Assembly: GCA_963823335.1 (NCBI GenBank)
Contig: CAWGLD010000002.1
Span: 32,001-96,000 of the forward strand
DNA from: an uncultured delta proteobacterium
GTDB taxonomy: Bacteria; Desulfobacterota; Desulfobacteria; Desulfobacterales; B30-G6
Direction of reading: 5' to 3'
DNA: 64,000 nucleotides
Below are positions 53,565-64,000 of this stretch, piece by piece. The position numbers and the translations under genes were made by a program. Position 1 is the first letter of the stretch. Each line of letters begins with the position of its first letter. The notes beneath the pieces were generated by a model that worked only from the letters and a program-made list of their open reading frames with translations, did no database searches and was not told where the DNA came from.

Positions 53565-54950
53565 ATGGGAAAAATCATGACGAGAATGGGTGACGGGTTT
53601 CCCGTTGAAATGAGTGAAAGCCAACTCATGGGAGATCTGGAGGAAGGCACGGAAGATGCGGCCGAATATGGCGATATCCCCACTCTTTCCAAAGAAGAAC
53701 TGCAATATCTGTTCGATCTTTTTACTGCACCGTATCGTGTTGTTGGTGTAGAACCTGGCCATGAGGTCGTACTTTCTTATGATGGCGCCCCGCTCAAAAT
53801 GATGCGTACCGCCATCGATGTTCATCGACTGCAGGCATCGCAGATCTATGAAAAACTGCTGGGGGCAGACACCCTTGAATTGGGTCATGTCGATTACAGT
53901 TACAAGCCGGTCAAACCCATCGTCAGCATGGAGCAGACCGTTCTGGAGCAAGTATTGATGGTGACGCACGCGCCACTTTTCTACGGCGCTATGCCGAATC
54001 TGGGTCTATATACGCAACCGGACGGCCCTTTCCCAAACCCATCGGAATTATTGGCCATGGGAAAGATCGGTGATGTTCAGGAATCTTATGAGAATGCAAT
54101 AGACGCCGCTGTCAAGGATATTGTCTTTGTCGCCAGCGCCATGGTTGAATCCGGAGCAGATGGTATAAATCTTGATACCGTAGGTGCTGCGGGGGATGCT
54201 GATTTCCTGGCCGGTTTGAAAGCTACTGAGATTCTGAAAGAAAAATACCCGGACATCTGCATTGAGCTAGGAATGGCTGGTGAGTTTGTTCTTGGGATGC
54301 ACGGGGAATTAACTTACCAGGGTGAGCGCTTGGCCGGTATGTATGCCCATGATCAAGTCAGGATGGCGGAAAAAGCGGGCGTTACCATTTTTGGTCCCGT
54401 GGTGAATGTCAAAACTAACGCTTCCTGCCCCTGGAATCTGGCACGGGTAGTCACATTTACCAAGGCCTGCTGTGAGGTGGCCAACATTCCGGTCCATGCA
54501 AATATGGGTATGGGCGTCGGGGGGGTCCCTATGACCAATCACCCGCCGGTAGACATTACCTCAAGAGCCTCTGCGGCCATGGTGGAAATCTGCCGGCTCG
54601 ACGGGTTGTAGGTTGGCGTAGGTGATCCGCTTGGCATGGCCATTTCACACGCTATTGCCTCGGGCATGGGCGGAATGCGGGCTGCCGGAGATCTGGTGGC
54701 GCGAATGCAAATGACCCATGGCATGAAGATTAACGATGCAAAGGCGTATGTGGCCGACAAGTTGCGTGTTTCAGTTTCCGACCTTTCCGACCCGGTGGTA
54801 ATGATGGAAGTTCGGGAAGATTTGGATATTGGAAGTCTTTCCCCGCTGCCTGGATGCGCAAAGGGAATCGAAGCTAAAATTCGTATTGCCAAAGTTCTGG
54901 ATATTGATATCAACTGTGTCAAGCGTCTAGAAGGCAAGAAACTGATATAG
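53565..54950 (+). CDS. mtbB: dimethylamine:corrinoid methyltransferase, Pyl at TAG 54609-54611
   Basis: [55 protein letters not shown] continuous in frame (461 aa). Confidence 0.93.
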
Positions 54951-55012
54951 ATTTTAATCGGAATTGTTGTATCGATAGGTTGAACAACAGGGCAAGGCGT
55001 ATTTACTGACCA

Positions 55013-55051
55013 AAAAAGGGGATTGCCTATTTTAAAAGCGAATCCCCTTTT
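55013..55051. terminator. bidirectional intrinsic terminator
   Basis: AAAAAGGGGATT..AATCCCCTTTTT between convergent mtbB and Cys-rich peptide gene. Confidence 0.75.
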
Positions 55052-55075
55052 ATAATTCTAAACAAGACAAGTCTA

Positions 55076-55225
55076 TCAGCAACAGCAACTGGAAACACGG
55101 CACCCACATGCATCGACATAGCACCCGCACGGATCTAAATAATAACAGCAGCTTGCCTTAGAAACATCCTGCTCTTTGTCGCTCTTGCCTGCCTGTTTTT
55201 TCTTTGCGTCTGTGTCTGTAGTCAT
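55076..55225 (-). CDS. 49-aa Cys-rich peptide (metallothionein-like or RiPP-precursor-like)
   Basis: MTTDTDAKKKQAGKSDKEQDVSKASCCYYLDPCGCYVDACGCRVSSCCC; AGGGGGTG RBS; below the ORF-track cutoff. Confidence 0.75.
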   Translation of the reverse strand: MTTDTDAKKKQAGKSDKEQDVSKASCCYYLDPCGCYVDACGCRVSSCCC

Positions 55226-55464
55226 AAAATCACCCCCTATCGTTCTGGTGATTGTTTTCAGAAATACGTGTCTTTATCAGAATGATTCGAACACGTAATA
55301 AAAATATACCACATAGTAGTACAATAGTCAAGTTTAATTGTTCTACAAACCGCGTGGTTCCGAACGTAAACGTACGGAGACGTGTCGTCTCCTGATCCTT
55401 TTCCACTTTGCGGAAAAAGGAAGCCACCCGTTTTACGGGTGGTCGTTTACTCTCAAGTCCACTG

Positions 55465-56028
55465 TCAGGAAACCAGGATTCTGCGCCAAAAATCTATGAT
55501 GGACTCCCGCATGGTTTGACTGTCTTTGTAATCATTTTTTTGAAGGATTTCATTGATCATCATGATGATGATACTTGTGGTCTCTTTAATCTGTACGGGA
55601 TTGAACTCACCGGAATGAATGCCCTTTTTTAAACAGTCGCCAATAAAAGATTTCAGCCATCTTTTGTGTCGTTTTGTGTTTTTGGTGTAAATATTGTCCG
55701 GATCGTTCAGTTTTGCAGGTCGGGGAGATAAAATTAGAGCCATTTCATCGGGCATTTGTTTTACAAGGGTGAAATGTATCAGGAATAGGCTTTCTATTTT
55801 TTCAAATATGGTTTTGGTTTCCTTTTTCAACACTTCCACTTGTTTGAAATAGTCGGAAAAGATTGAATCAAGAATCGATGTGTAGATTTCATCTTTTCCG
55901 GAAAAGTGATAGTATAGAAGCGGTTCTGTTACACCGGCCTTGACCGAGATTGCCTTGGTTGTTGTTCCATCATAACCCTGTGATGCAAAAAAGCGGGTTG
56001 CTGCTTTGATAATGTTGTTTTTTTTCAT
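55465..56028 (-). CDS. TetR/AcrR family regulator
   Basis: AATRFFASQGYDGTT..AGVTEPLLYYHFSGKDE. Confidence 0.85.
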   Translation of the reverse strand: MKKNNIIKAATRFFASQGYDGTTTKAISVKAGVTEPLLYYHFSGKDEIYTSILDSIFSDYFKQVEVLKKETKTIFEKIESLFLIHFTLVKQMPDEMALILSPRPAKLNDPDNIYTKNTKRHKRWLKSFIGDCLKKGIHSGEFNPVQIKETTSIIIMMINEILQKNDYKDSQTMRESIIDFWRRILVS

Positions 56029-56133
56029 GGGGTGGCCTTTTTAGTTAGATTTAACAATCCGAGCGTTTATATAGCGATTGCTAAATGCTACAATGTAGCA
56101 AGTGGACTGTCAAGTATAAAAAAGGAGAAACAA

Positions 56134-56466
56134 ATGACAACAGACTGTATTTTCTGTGACATCGTGAATGGTAAGACCGATACGGAATTTCTACTCGAAA
56201 ACGAAACCCTGGTGGTTTTCAGAGATATCAACCCCCATGCGCCGGTGCATCTGCTGCTGGTTCCTAAAAAACACATCCGCAGCATCAACGACCTGACACC
56301 TTCGGACGACAGCATTGTTTCTTCCCTGATTTCGGCGGGCAGGCACATGGCGAAGGAGCTGGGAATAGCCGCTTCGGGTTATAAACTTGTTTTCAACGTA
56401 GAGCGTGGTGGCGGCCAGATGGTCTTCCATCTGCACCTGCACCTTCTTGGGGGGTGGGAGAGATAG
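56134..56466 (+). CDS. histidine triad (HINT) nucleotide-binding protein
   Basis: DCIFC, FRDINPHAPVH, VFHLHLHLLGG. Confidence 0.9.
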   Translation: MTTDCIFCDIVNGKTDTEFLLENETLVVFRDINPHAPVHLLLVPKKHIRSINDLTPSDDSIVSSLISAGRHMAKELGIAASGYKLVFNVERGGGQMVFHLHLHLLGGWER

Positions 56467-56494
56467 GATAGGGAAGAGCAAAAATACGGGTTTT

Positions 56495-57445
56495 TTATCT
56501 CATCTGAACTTCGTTCAGTCTTATGGTAACATTGCCGACCATTGAAATATGGCCGCTTATTTGTATGGGTAGCTTTGACAGGGGATCGATAAAAAGTGTA
56601 ATGTCCTCCTGAAATCCAAGAAAGGAGAAGTCTTCAACCTTTTTCAGATCCGATGCCAGAGGCTGGGTCTCGAGTGTGATTTTGAGCGCTTGGACCTCGC
56701 CGCGACGACGAATTGCGCTTTGTTGTTTTTTTTCTAGAAAGTCAACCTTCAGGGACTGAAACCCATCCGGTTTAAGACGCACATGAAATAATTGTCTTCT
56801 CCCAAAAACACAAAATGACAGCGGCTGCATGCTTTCTGACAATTCAGCGGCTGAGACAATATAAATCAGCACCAAACGTTCGGTGACGTTGGGACATCCC
56901 AGCTGAACCGGGTTATAGGCATAGAACGACTCTTGGACATCGGTCCATCTGTCTGGTTGTTCTAATAATTCCTGGGCATCTTTCGGCTCTCGCTGATGTC
57001 TAAAGACACCCTGCTCGGTGAATCGGTAGACTTTCTTGAAGTCTTCATCACCCCTCCGCAGCCTGATTCTTCCCAGCGCTGTTGCATCCTTGGGATTGAA
57101 CCACACCTGGTTGAGTGTTTTTACGGGCGGTCTAAAAATAGAATCGACCCCATAATGGACCGTGAGTCTGCCTGGGTCTGGGCAACGAGTACTGATGGGA
57201 ACACCCTGAGAGCTCTTTATCAAAACAGACTCAACTTCTGCAGCCGGGAGCAATTCCATCTGAACCTGCACATTGACGTCAGCTGAGAAGGTTTTGATTT
57301 TATAGGAAAGCCGTGTCCAGGACAATTGCTTTGGATCGAGCTTGATTTGAGAATACGATTGGGCCTGGGCTGCGTGCGAAAAACACGTCAAGGAAATTGC
57401 CATGAAAAACAAGGCGGGCAGCCATAATTTATTGCGAATCCCCAT
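56495..57445 (-). CDS. hypothetical secreted protein
   Basis: AGGAG RBS, signal peptide ending AAQA. Confidence 0.65.
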   Translation of the reverse strand: MGIRNKLWLPALFFMAISLTCFSHAAQAQSYSQIKLDPKQLSWTRLSYKIKTFSADVNVQVQMELLPAAEVESVLIKSSQGVPISTRCPDPGRLTVHYGVDSIFRPPVKTLNQVWFNPKDATALGRIRLRRGDEDFKKVYRFTEQGVFRHQREPKDAQELLEQPDRWTDVQESFYAYNPVQLGCPNVTERLVLIYIVSAAELSESMQPLSFCVFGRRQLFHVRLKPDGFQSLKVDFLEKKQQSAIRRRGEVQALKITLETQPLASDLKKVEDFSFLGFQEDITLFIDPLSKLPIQISGHISMVGNVTIRLNEVQMR

Positions 57446-57771
57446 TGAATGATTCTCCTGCTGCAGTTCAAGCATTGGAAACAGGCCTTATTTGAAATAA
57501 GTGGTAACAGAACAGCGATATGTCAAGACATTTGATTTCTTTATTTGCAATAGTAGCTTACCGAAACTGGTTCGGCAACCCGTTTGTTCCAGTTACAAAA
57601 CCGGCTCTTTTTGAACAACCTGGTACACGATGCGGCTTGACACAAAACAGACATGTTGTAATACTCGGCTGTCACATGATTCTGAAGATCAATACCTGCT
57701 GAGGGTCTTGACAATTCGAGTGCAATGGACGCACATGGGCTCAATCGTGCGCAGACCCAATATGCCTGGAT

Positions 57772-59180
57772 ATGAAAATGAAGAAACCCGTACTGCTAAT
57801 TCCGGTGGAAAACCAGGTGCGCGAGCTGGATGCCAAGCTTCTGCTGGCGTGCGTTGCCGCCAAACGGGATTTTACCTCCATCATCGGCCCCAAAAGGGAA
57901 ATCGAAAACCACATCGCTTCTTTTCCGCGCGGTATTTTTTTGTCCAAGTCCCTGAGGATCGTGAAACGCGATTTTTTTCCGATATCACGATTGCTCGGCC
58001 ATGAAATCGTGGCCTGGGATGAAGAGGCGCTGGTTCATCTGCCGGCCGAAACGTATTTTTCACGCCGGCTCTCCCCTGTGGGAATGGAGACACGTGTCTC
58101 ATTTGTTTGCCTGGGGTGAGGACAACGCCGAATTGTGGCGGCAATACCCCCAATTGCCTCCTGGAATTCCGATTCACATTACCGGTAATCCGCGCGTGGA
58201 CCTGCTGCGGCCTGATATGCAGGGGTATTATAAAGATGAGGCAGATACAGATTCGTAAGAATTACGGCGAGTTCATCCTTATCAATACCAATTTTAATCA
58301 TGTCAATGCCTTCCATCCGGCCCAGAATTTGTTCCAGCCGGTGAAAGATTCCGGGGAGGAAGCCAGGTTCGGCCAGGCAGCCCGGGGGATGAATCGTGAG
58401 TACGCTGAAGGGTTCCGGGATCATAAACAGGCCGTTTTTGAGGATTTCCAGAAGCTGATACCCGAACTGTCAGAGTGCCTTTCCGGAACACACCATCGTG
58501 GTGCGTCCGCATCCCACTGAAAATCAGGATATTTATCACGAGATTGCCGCCCATTGCCGGCGGGTGAAGGTTACCAATGAGGGCAACGTGGTTCCCTGGT
58601 TGATGGCTGCCAGGGTCCTTATTCACAACGGTTGCACCACGGGCGTGGAAGCCTTTGTCATGCGTGTGCCCGCTGTTTCATACCGGGAGACGGTCAACGA
58701 TTTTTACGACGATGGCTTTTACCGCTTGCCCAACCGGTTGAGCCATCAGTGTTTCGATTTTGAAGAATTGCGGACAACCCTTTCGCGTATTCTAAGCGGT
58801 GATCTGGGTGCCGCTGAAGGGGAGGGGAGAAAAGCCCTTATCGACCATTTTCTGGCGGGACAGGATGGGCCCTCTGGCCTGTTCACGGATGGTCGATGTT
58901 CTGGACAGGGTCGCGGATGATATGTCCCACATGCCCGAACCGACCCTAAGGAAACGGCTGTGGGGTTGGTGCCAGGCCACCCGGCGTCGTGTGCGCAAGA
59001 CCCGCAATGCTTATCTGCCGGGTTCCTTCAAGTCCGTCGCTTTTGAAAGGCACCGATATCCCGGGATTACCTCCGGGGAGCTTGCAGAACGGATAGCACC
59101 GTTTTCAGCAGGTGCTCGGTGAAGACACCCAACTTCAATTGCGCCAAATCCGTGACAAGATATTTAAAATCAGCGCTTGA
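57772..59180 (+). pseudogene. surface carbohydrate biosynthesis protein, several frameshifts
   Basis: IPVENQVRELDAKLLL, WDEEALV, TGNPRVDLLR, INTNF, VRPHPTE, IHNGCTTGVEA across frames. Confidence 0.7.
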
Positions 59181-59380
59181 AGTGAACTTGTGAACGATTG
59201 CAGCGAGACTATTGGTAACCCGTGCGTTCCTTGTTATATACTAGCCGATTAAAAGGCCACGACATGCTGCAATGCTGATTGATAATCTGCGGCGGTCATT
59301 TTTTCAATGAGAACCCGCTGGTCTTTGTCCAAGTTTTTGATTCAGTTGAAACCTTGACATTTTTCAAGGGCTGGCCAGTT

Positions 59381-60364
59381 TTAAGTTGTGGACGATTGGA
59401 TGGGGATCCCGTTAAAGGTTGGTTCCAGAAGAATATCTTCATAGGAAATCCCCAAAAACTTCGCCAGGTGACGCATAACGGATTCCGTTTGGTCTATCAG
59501 GCTCTCGAATTGAATGACGCAGACGCGATCACCAAACCTTTTCCGGGCTTCCATTATACCTCGGACACTTTTTTTCCAGTGGCCAAGTGCTGATTCGACA
59601 TCTCCGTAGATCTGCGGTTCGCGTCTGGAAGCGGAAACAAACCAGTGCACAGGATCCCTGATGATAGAAATCAGTCTGCCATCAGGATATATTTCAAAGA
59701 AGTTATTTATGGCCTGGTTCTGCAGGATCAATCCGGGTGCATAAGCTGTGACGAATTTCTTGTCAAGTCCGTGATTTTGATAATTGAGCCAGGCCCCGAA
59801 ACAGGCGGTCATATGGGCATCAAATACATGGCGCGTGTTTAGCGGTTGGACGGATTCCAAATATTTGATGAAAATTTGTCTTTCAAGAATCGGTAGATAG
59901 ATGAAGGGAAATCGTACATTGTCTTCTTCGTCTTGCTTGAAGTCTTTCTGGACCTGAACGGCATGCTTGGAGAAGATGTTCAACCATTCTTCCGGTTTGC
60001 CCTTGATATCAATTTCTGGCCATGAACCCTTGTTGAGGGTGTCAACCGCGAAAGCACGGGGATAAGCATGTAGTTTGGAATGTCCGTCCAGAAGACGGCC
60101 CAGCAGCGATCCCCCCGAGCATGAAATTTGAGAAACCAGCGCAAGGGGCGCAGTAACCGGTGATATGTGTTGTAAACAAATCTGAAGAATATCCTCCAGG
60201 TGAGATGTTCCGGCGTCGCTGACTTGCCTGATCATTCTTCTTCTGGGTCCATCTTTCAGGTATTGCACTATCTTTATCCTTTTATCCTCCGTAATAAGGC
60301 GACTTATAATCCTTTTGCCTATTTTTTTCTTGGCATCCAATTTTTTGATAAACGGATAAATCAT
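59381..60364 (-). CDS. sulfotransferase family protein (degenerate PAPS motif)
   Basis: SQISCSGGSLLGRLLDGH, IIRDP; paralog of 61732-62772. Confidence 0.75.
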   Translation of the reverse strand: MIYPFIKKLDAKKKIGKRIISRLITEDKRIKIVQYLKDGPRRRMIRQVSDAGTSHLEDILQICLQHISPVTAPLALVSQISCSGGSLLGRLLDGHSKLHAYPRAFAVDTLNKGSWPEIDIKGKPEEWLNIFSKHAVQVQKDFKQDEEDNVRFPFIYLPILERQIFIKYLESVQPLNTRHVFDAHMTACFGAWLNYQNHGLDKKFVTAYAPGLILQNQAINNFFEIYPDGRLISIIRDPVHWFVSASRREPQIYGDVESALGHWKKSVRGIMEARKRFGDRVCVIQFESLIDQTESVMRHLAKFLGISYEDILLEPTFNGIPIQSSTT

Positions 60365-60382
60365 ATAATAGGTGTCCCTTTG

Positions 60383-61673
60383 TTATGCAAGCGTCGGCCG
60401 TTTGTTCGAAGCACAATTCACGATAAACTGTTCATAGGCGTCCAGCACATCCCTGTTGCTGTCACCCCCATAGACTACTTCCGAAAGAAAGGTCGCAACA
60501 CTTTTTTCACTGTACGGTACATCCGGCCTTTTGGGTCTGCAAGGATACTAAAGCATTCTTCAGTTCGAACTCATTGTGTATTATCCAACAGGCACCCAAT
60601 TCTTCAAACAAGGTTGTGTTGTCATGTAGATATTTAAGGTAAAGAACAGGCTTGCCGCGCATGAGCGCCTCGGTCATGACGCTGGAACCGACAACCAGAA
60701 GAACATCGGCCCATCCGAGCAGATCCGCTGTAAGCATATGGGATACATCCGGCAGGGGGTAGTTGTCGAATTGGTCCATGGTATTTGTCCGGGTGTGGGG
60801 TTTGATCACGGCTTCGATGCCTTTTTGTTCAGCGATGAGGCGACAGGAGGCATACATTCTTTCCATATCAAGCCGGCATTGAGGTTTGGAAGGCATTAGG
60901 ACAACTTTTAATTTTTCCGAATGCCTGCCGAACCCTGCAGTCGCCTTTGGTACAATTTCATTGTTTTGCTCAAGCCAGGTGCGGCAGTATCGGGCACTTC
61001 CGAGTACGGAGATTTTGCTCACAGTCACACCGGCTTTGACCAACAGGTCTTTGCGCAAGTTATCGGATGCGATGATGTGGTCGAACCGGTTGAATTTGGC
61101 GAATCTTCTTGATTCCGTCGATTTTGGTTTGGTCGTTTCGTTGGTATACAGCTGAACACCATGCGGTAGGGCCAGGGTGGGTATGGACATCTGCCCGGCG
61201 GCTTTCAAAAAGGCATCGACAACGTACAGTCTTGGCATGATGTAGTCAAAGCATACGGCCTGCGCATGGGTGCGCTCCAAAACCGATCGTGCCCACCGGG
61301 GGCCATAGTAAATTCGACGAGTGATTTTATAAAACATGGTTCCGGCTAGATCGGCCCTTCTGCCCAACCATTTTCTTAGTACCCCTGATGGTTTTTTTTG
61401 ATCGTAGGCCAGTTTCTGACAGGTCTTGTAACTCGCGCGAATGAGTGCGTAAAGAAATCGATGGAGCGGATCTCTTTTTTGGTCAAATGCATCGTACACA
61501 TAATCGACGATCATACCATGATCTTTTAAGAACTGCAGACGATAGTCCTGCTGGATATCATAGCGTAAGTTCATGCAGAAAACCGCAACCTCATAGCTGT
61601 CTTGGTGCAGTTTCCAGGCCACGGGGGTCAGGTGGTCTATGTCATTAAAATGCCTTACGAAAAATAAATACAT
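60383..61673 (-). CDS. GT-B-like polysaccharide biosynthesis protein, one frameshift near 3' end
   Basis: LPHG, GSARY, IKPHTR, ADVLLVVGSSVMTEALMRGKP; continuation DVPYSEKSV..LA* to 60383 in another frame. Confidence 0.65.
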
Positions 61674-61731
61674 ATTTGTAACTTTCACAGAATGTTTGCA
61701 ACCAACTTACTCTGGTAACCCCATCGGGCCT

Positions 61732-62772
61732 TCACGGGATTGTCGTAACCACACTCAGGACCTGTGCATGTATGTCGCCGGTCATTTCCTTGATGGTATT
61801 CAATTCTTCCTCACTTAAAGTCTTGTATCTTTCAAGGGCACTGATCATGATGCCGGGTTTTTCAAGCTTAAAACTCGTATTCGGTTTTATGGGTATTTTA
61901 TTGAATGTCGGCGTCAATAATATGTCATCAAATCGGATGGTTAGGAAATCAGCCAGATAGCGCATCACCGGCTCGGTGCGTTGTACCAGATCGTCGAAGG
62001 TGATAATACAAACGTAATCACCATAGTTTTTTTTGTTGCGAATCATACTGCGCGTGCTCTCATTCCATTGATTCAGCGCTTTTCTGATGTTGCCATACTT
62101 ATCCAACTGGTGACGTTTGGCAGAGGGAAACCAGTTTTTAGGATCACGCACCACAGAGATCAATCGACCATCAGGGTATATCTCGAAAAATGACGCCATG
62201 TTCGTTTCCATAAATGTCATTCTAGGCGTGAAAGCGGTGACCCATTTTTTATTTCCACGACGATTCTGGTTGTTTATCCAGGCACCGAAATAGGAAGTCA
62301 TGTACGCGTCAAACACGTCTCTTTGGTTTACTTTACCTACAGATTCTAAATGTTTCAGGAAAAGCTTTTTCTGCAAGTAAGGTAGGAAGATAAAAAGGAA
62401 AGTCTCCTCGTACTTTGCCATTTTTTTATATCCATAGCGGAAATGCCGTACCACGATATCTTCGAAGAGAATTTCAAACCATCGTTCCGGGCGGTTGCCA
62501 AGATCAATGGGGGGCCAGATATCTTTTTTAGGATATCCGAACTTCAATTCATGAGGGTGGGCATGTACTTGAGGATGGCCATCGAAAAGCTGGCTCAGCA
62601 TGGATCCTCCGGAACGCTGGATTTGCGAAATTAACGCTAGCGGGACAGATACCGGTTGTATATATTCCAGCCAGGACTCATATGCGTTGGCCAAAAGTGT
62701 ACGGCTCTCATCAAGTGCTTTGCCGGTCAACCCGGAATTCGATTCAGATTTAAGCAGAGGTGTCAAACCCAT
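61732..62772 (-). CDS. sulfotransferase family protein
   Basis: SQIQRSGGSMLSQLFDGHP (5'-PSB-like), VVRDP. Confidence 0.8.
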   Translation of the reverse strand: MGLTPLLKSESNSGLTGKALDESRTLLANAYESWLEYIQPVSVPLALISQIQRSGGSMLSQLFDGHPQVHAHPHELKFGYPKKDIWPPIDLGNRPERWFEILFEDIVVRHFRYGYKKMAKYEETFLFIFLPYLQKKLFLKHLESVGKVNQRDVFDAYMTSYFGAWINNQNRRGNKKWVTAFTPRMTFMETNMASFFEIYPDGRLISVVRDPKNWFPSAKRHQLDKYGNIRKALNQWNESTRSMIRNKKNYGDYVCIITFDDLVQRTEPVMRYLADFLTIRFDDILLTPTFNKIPIKPNTSFKLEKPGIMISALERYKTLSEEELNTIKEMTGDIHAQVLSVVTTIP

Positions 62773-62827
62773 GGTGTTATCCTTGTTAAGATTTCAATCG
62801 TCTTTAATATGTTCATTAAAATATTTT

Positions 62828-64000
62828 TCACGCGCTGATCCGGAAGAGACTGTGGCTTATTTTCTCTACATTGAGCCGGTCATCATCGCCCAGTATCTGC
62901 TGGAAACGTGCAACACGGTTACGCACCTCGGCAAGAGAAACTTCGGGATATTTATTTTGTTGGTGCTCCAGCGATCGGGTTGGATCTGTCTTGCGCAGTT
63001 TGATCCATCGCCGTATCCGGCGCCTGGTTGCCTTGAGCCACCCTTGCAGGCGATCGCCCATGGGTGGCCCCGGTAAACTGGATAGGTCGACCGCCGCTCT
63101 TTTGAGAACATCAATAATTTTCTCACAGGCCAGGGGCCCCTTTTGGGCGGCCAGATAGTGATCAATAAGCGCTTGCCGCTCACCTCCATTTCCAACACCC
63201 AGTTCCCCACAGAGGATTTTTTCCAAGGTTTGCCGCAACTCCTCGAAATTAAAGCACTGATGGCTGAGCATATTCGGCAGGCGGTAGAAGCCATAGTCGT
63301 AATCTTCATTTGTTGTGGCCCGATAACTGACAGTTGGAACTCCCATGGCAAAAGCCTCGACGCTGGTGGTGCAGCCGTTGTGAATCAAAGCTTTGCAAGC
63401 CATCAGCCAGAGCACAACATTACCCTCGTTTATTACATGCACCCGCTCACAGCCCGAAGTGATTTGTTGATAGATCTCGGGATTTTCTACTTGATGGGGA
63501 CGGACGATAATGGTGGTGTGGGGAAGGCCTTTTCAAGGGCCGGGATCATTTCTTGAAAATGTTCAAAAGTCGCCTGTTTAAGATCACGCAATCCTTCGGC
63601 ATACTCCCGGGGCATACCCCGGGCGGCCCGTCCGAATTCCGGCTCTATTCCTGGATTGTCAGTCGGCAGGAATAGATTGCGGATAGGAGAGAAAGCGTTA
63701 ACATGATTGAAATTGGTATTGATGAGAATGAAATCTCCATATGTTTCCCTTATTTTGCTGACTTCCTTTTCGTAATAGGGCTGTATCTCAGTGCGCAGCA
63801 AATCATTGCGCGGGTTGCCGGTAACATGGATCGGTAGATCGGGCGGCAGGTCAGGATACTGGCGCCACAACTCGGCGTTATCTTCTCCCCAGGCAAAAAG
63901 ATGGGAAAGGCAACCGATGGATACGGGTGAGAGCCTTCGGGAAAAATAGATTTCAGGCGGCAGGTGGACCAGGGCATCTTCATCCCAGGCCACGATTTCA
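62828..64000 (-). pseudogene. surface carbohydrate biosynthesis protein paralog (5' end off window, one frameshift near 63520)
   Basis: WDEDALVHLP, TGNPRNDLLR, INTNFNHVNAF, IHNGCTTSVEA. Confidence 0.7.

Noticed and set aside
55073-55078. Cys-rich peptide ends TGA TAG, which could be read as C-terminal Sec or Pyl
   Set aside because: No SECIS-like hairpin at suitable spacing other than the terminator; tandem stops are the simpler reading.
55230-55427. 65-aa ORF upstream of the Cys-rich peptide
   Set aside because: No RBS or motif; more likely the promoter/leader region.

Overview
Bacterial chromosomal window of roughly 50% GC. Gene content and repeat style suggest a Desulfobacterales-like anaerobic deltaproteobacterium (inference). 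Main result is genetic-code expansion. There is a pyrrolysine locus (pylT tRNA-CUA, pylSc, pylC, pylD, pylSn) with NO pylB. It sits beside a corrinoid protein and an mttB-mtbB operon whose genes each carry one in-frame amber codon. Two genes (FrnE/DsbA-like and OsmC-like) are split by in-frame UGA codons followed by SECIS-like hairpins, so both Sec and Pyl appear to be in use, although TAG remains a common stop. Other notable items: a putative H2-sensing operon (MMPL/RND transporter fused to a histidine kinase, a receiver protein, a sensory-type [NiFe] hydrogenase, a PAS kinase) and a 49-aa Cys-rich peptide gene missing from the ORF track. Also present are several MITE/REP-like repeat families and a RAYT transposase bounded by 15-bp inverted repeats. 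The rest is purine/MTA salvage, beta-oxidation, a frameshifted Liv-type ABC transporter and a sulfotransferase-containing surface-carbohydrate cluster. All calls come from reading motifs by eye; no database searches were run.
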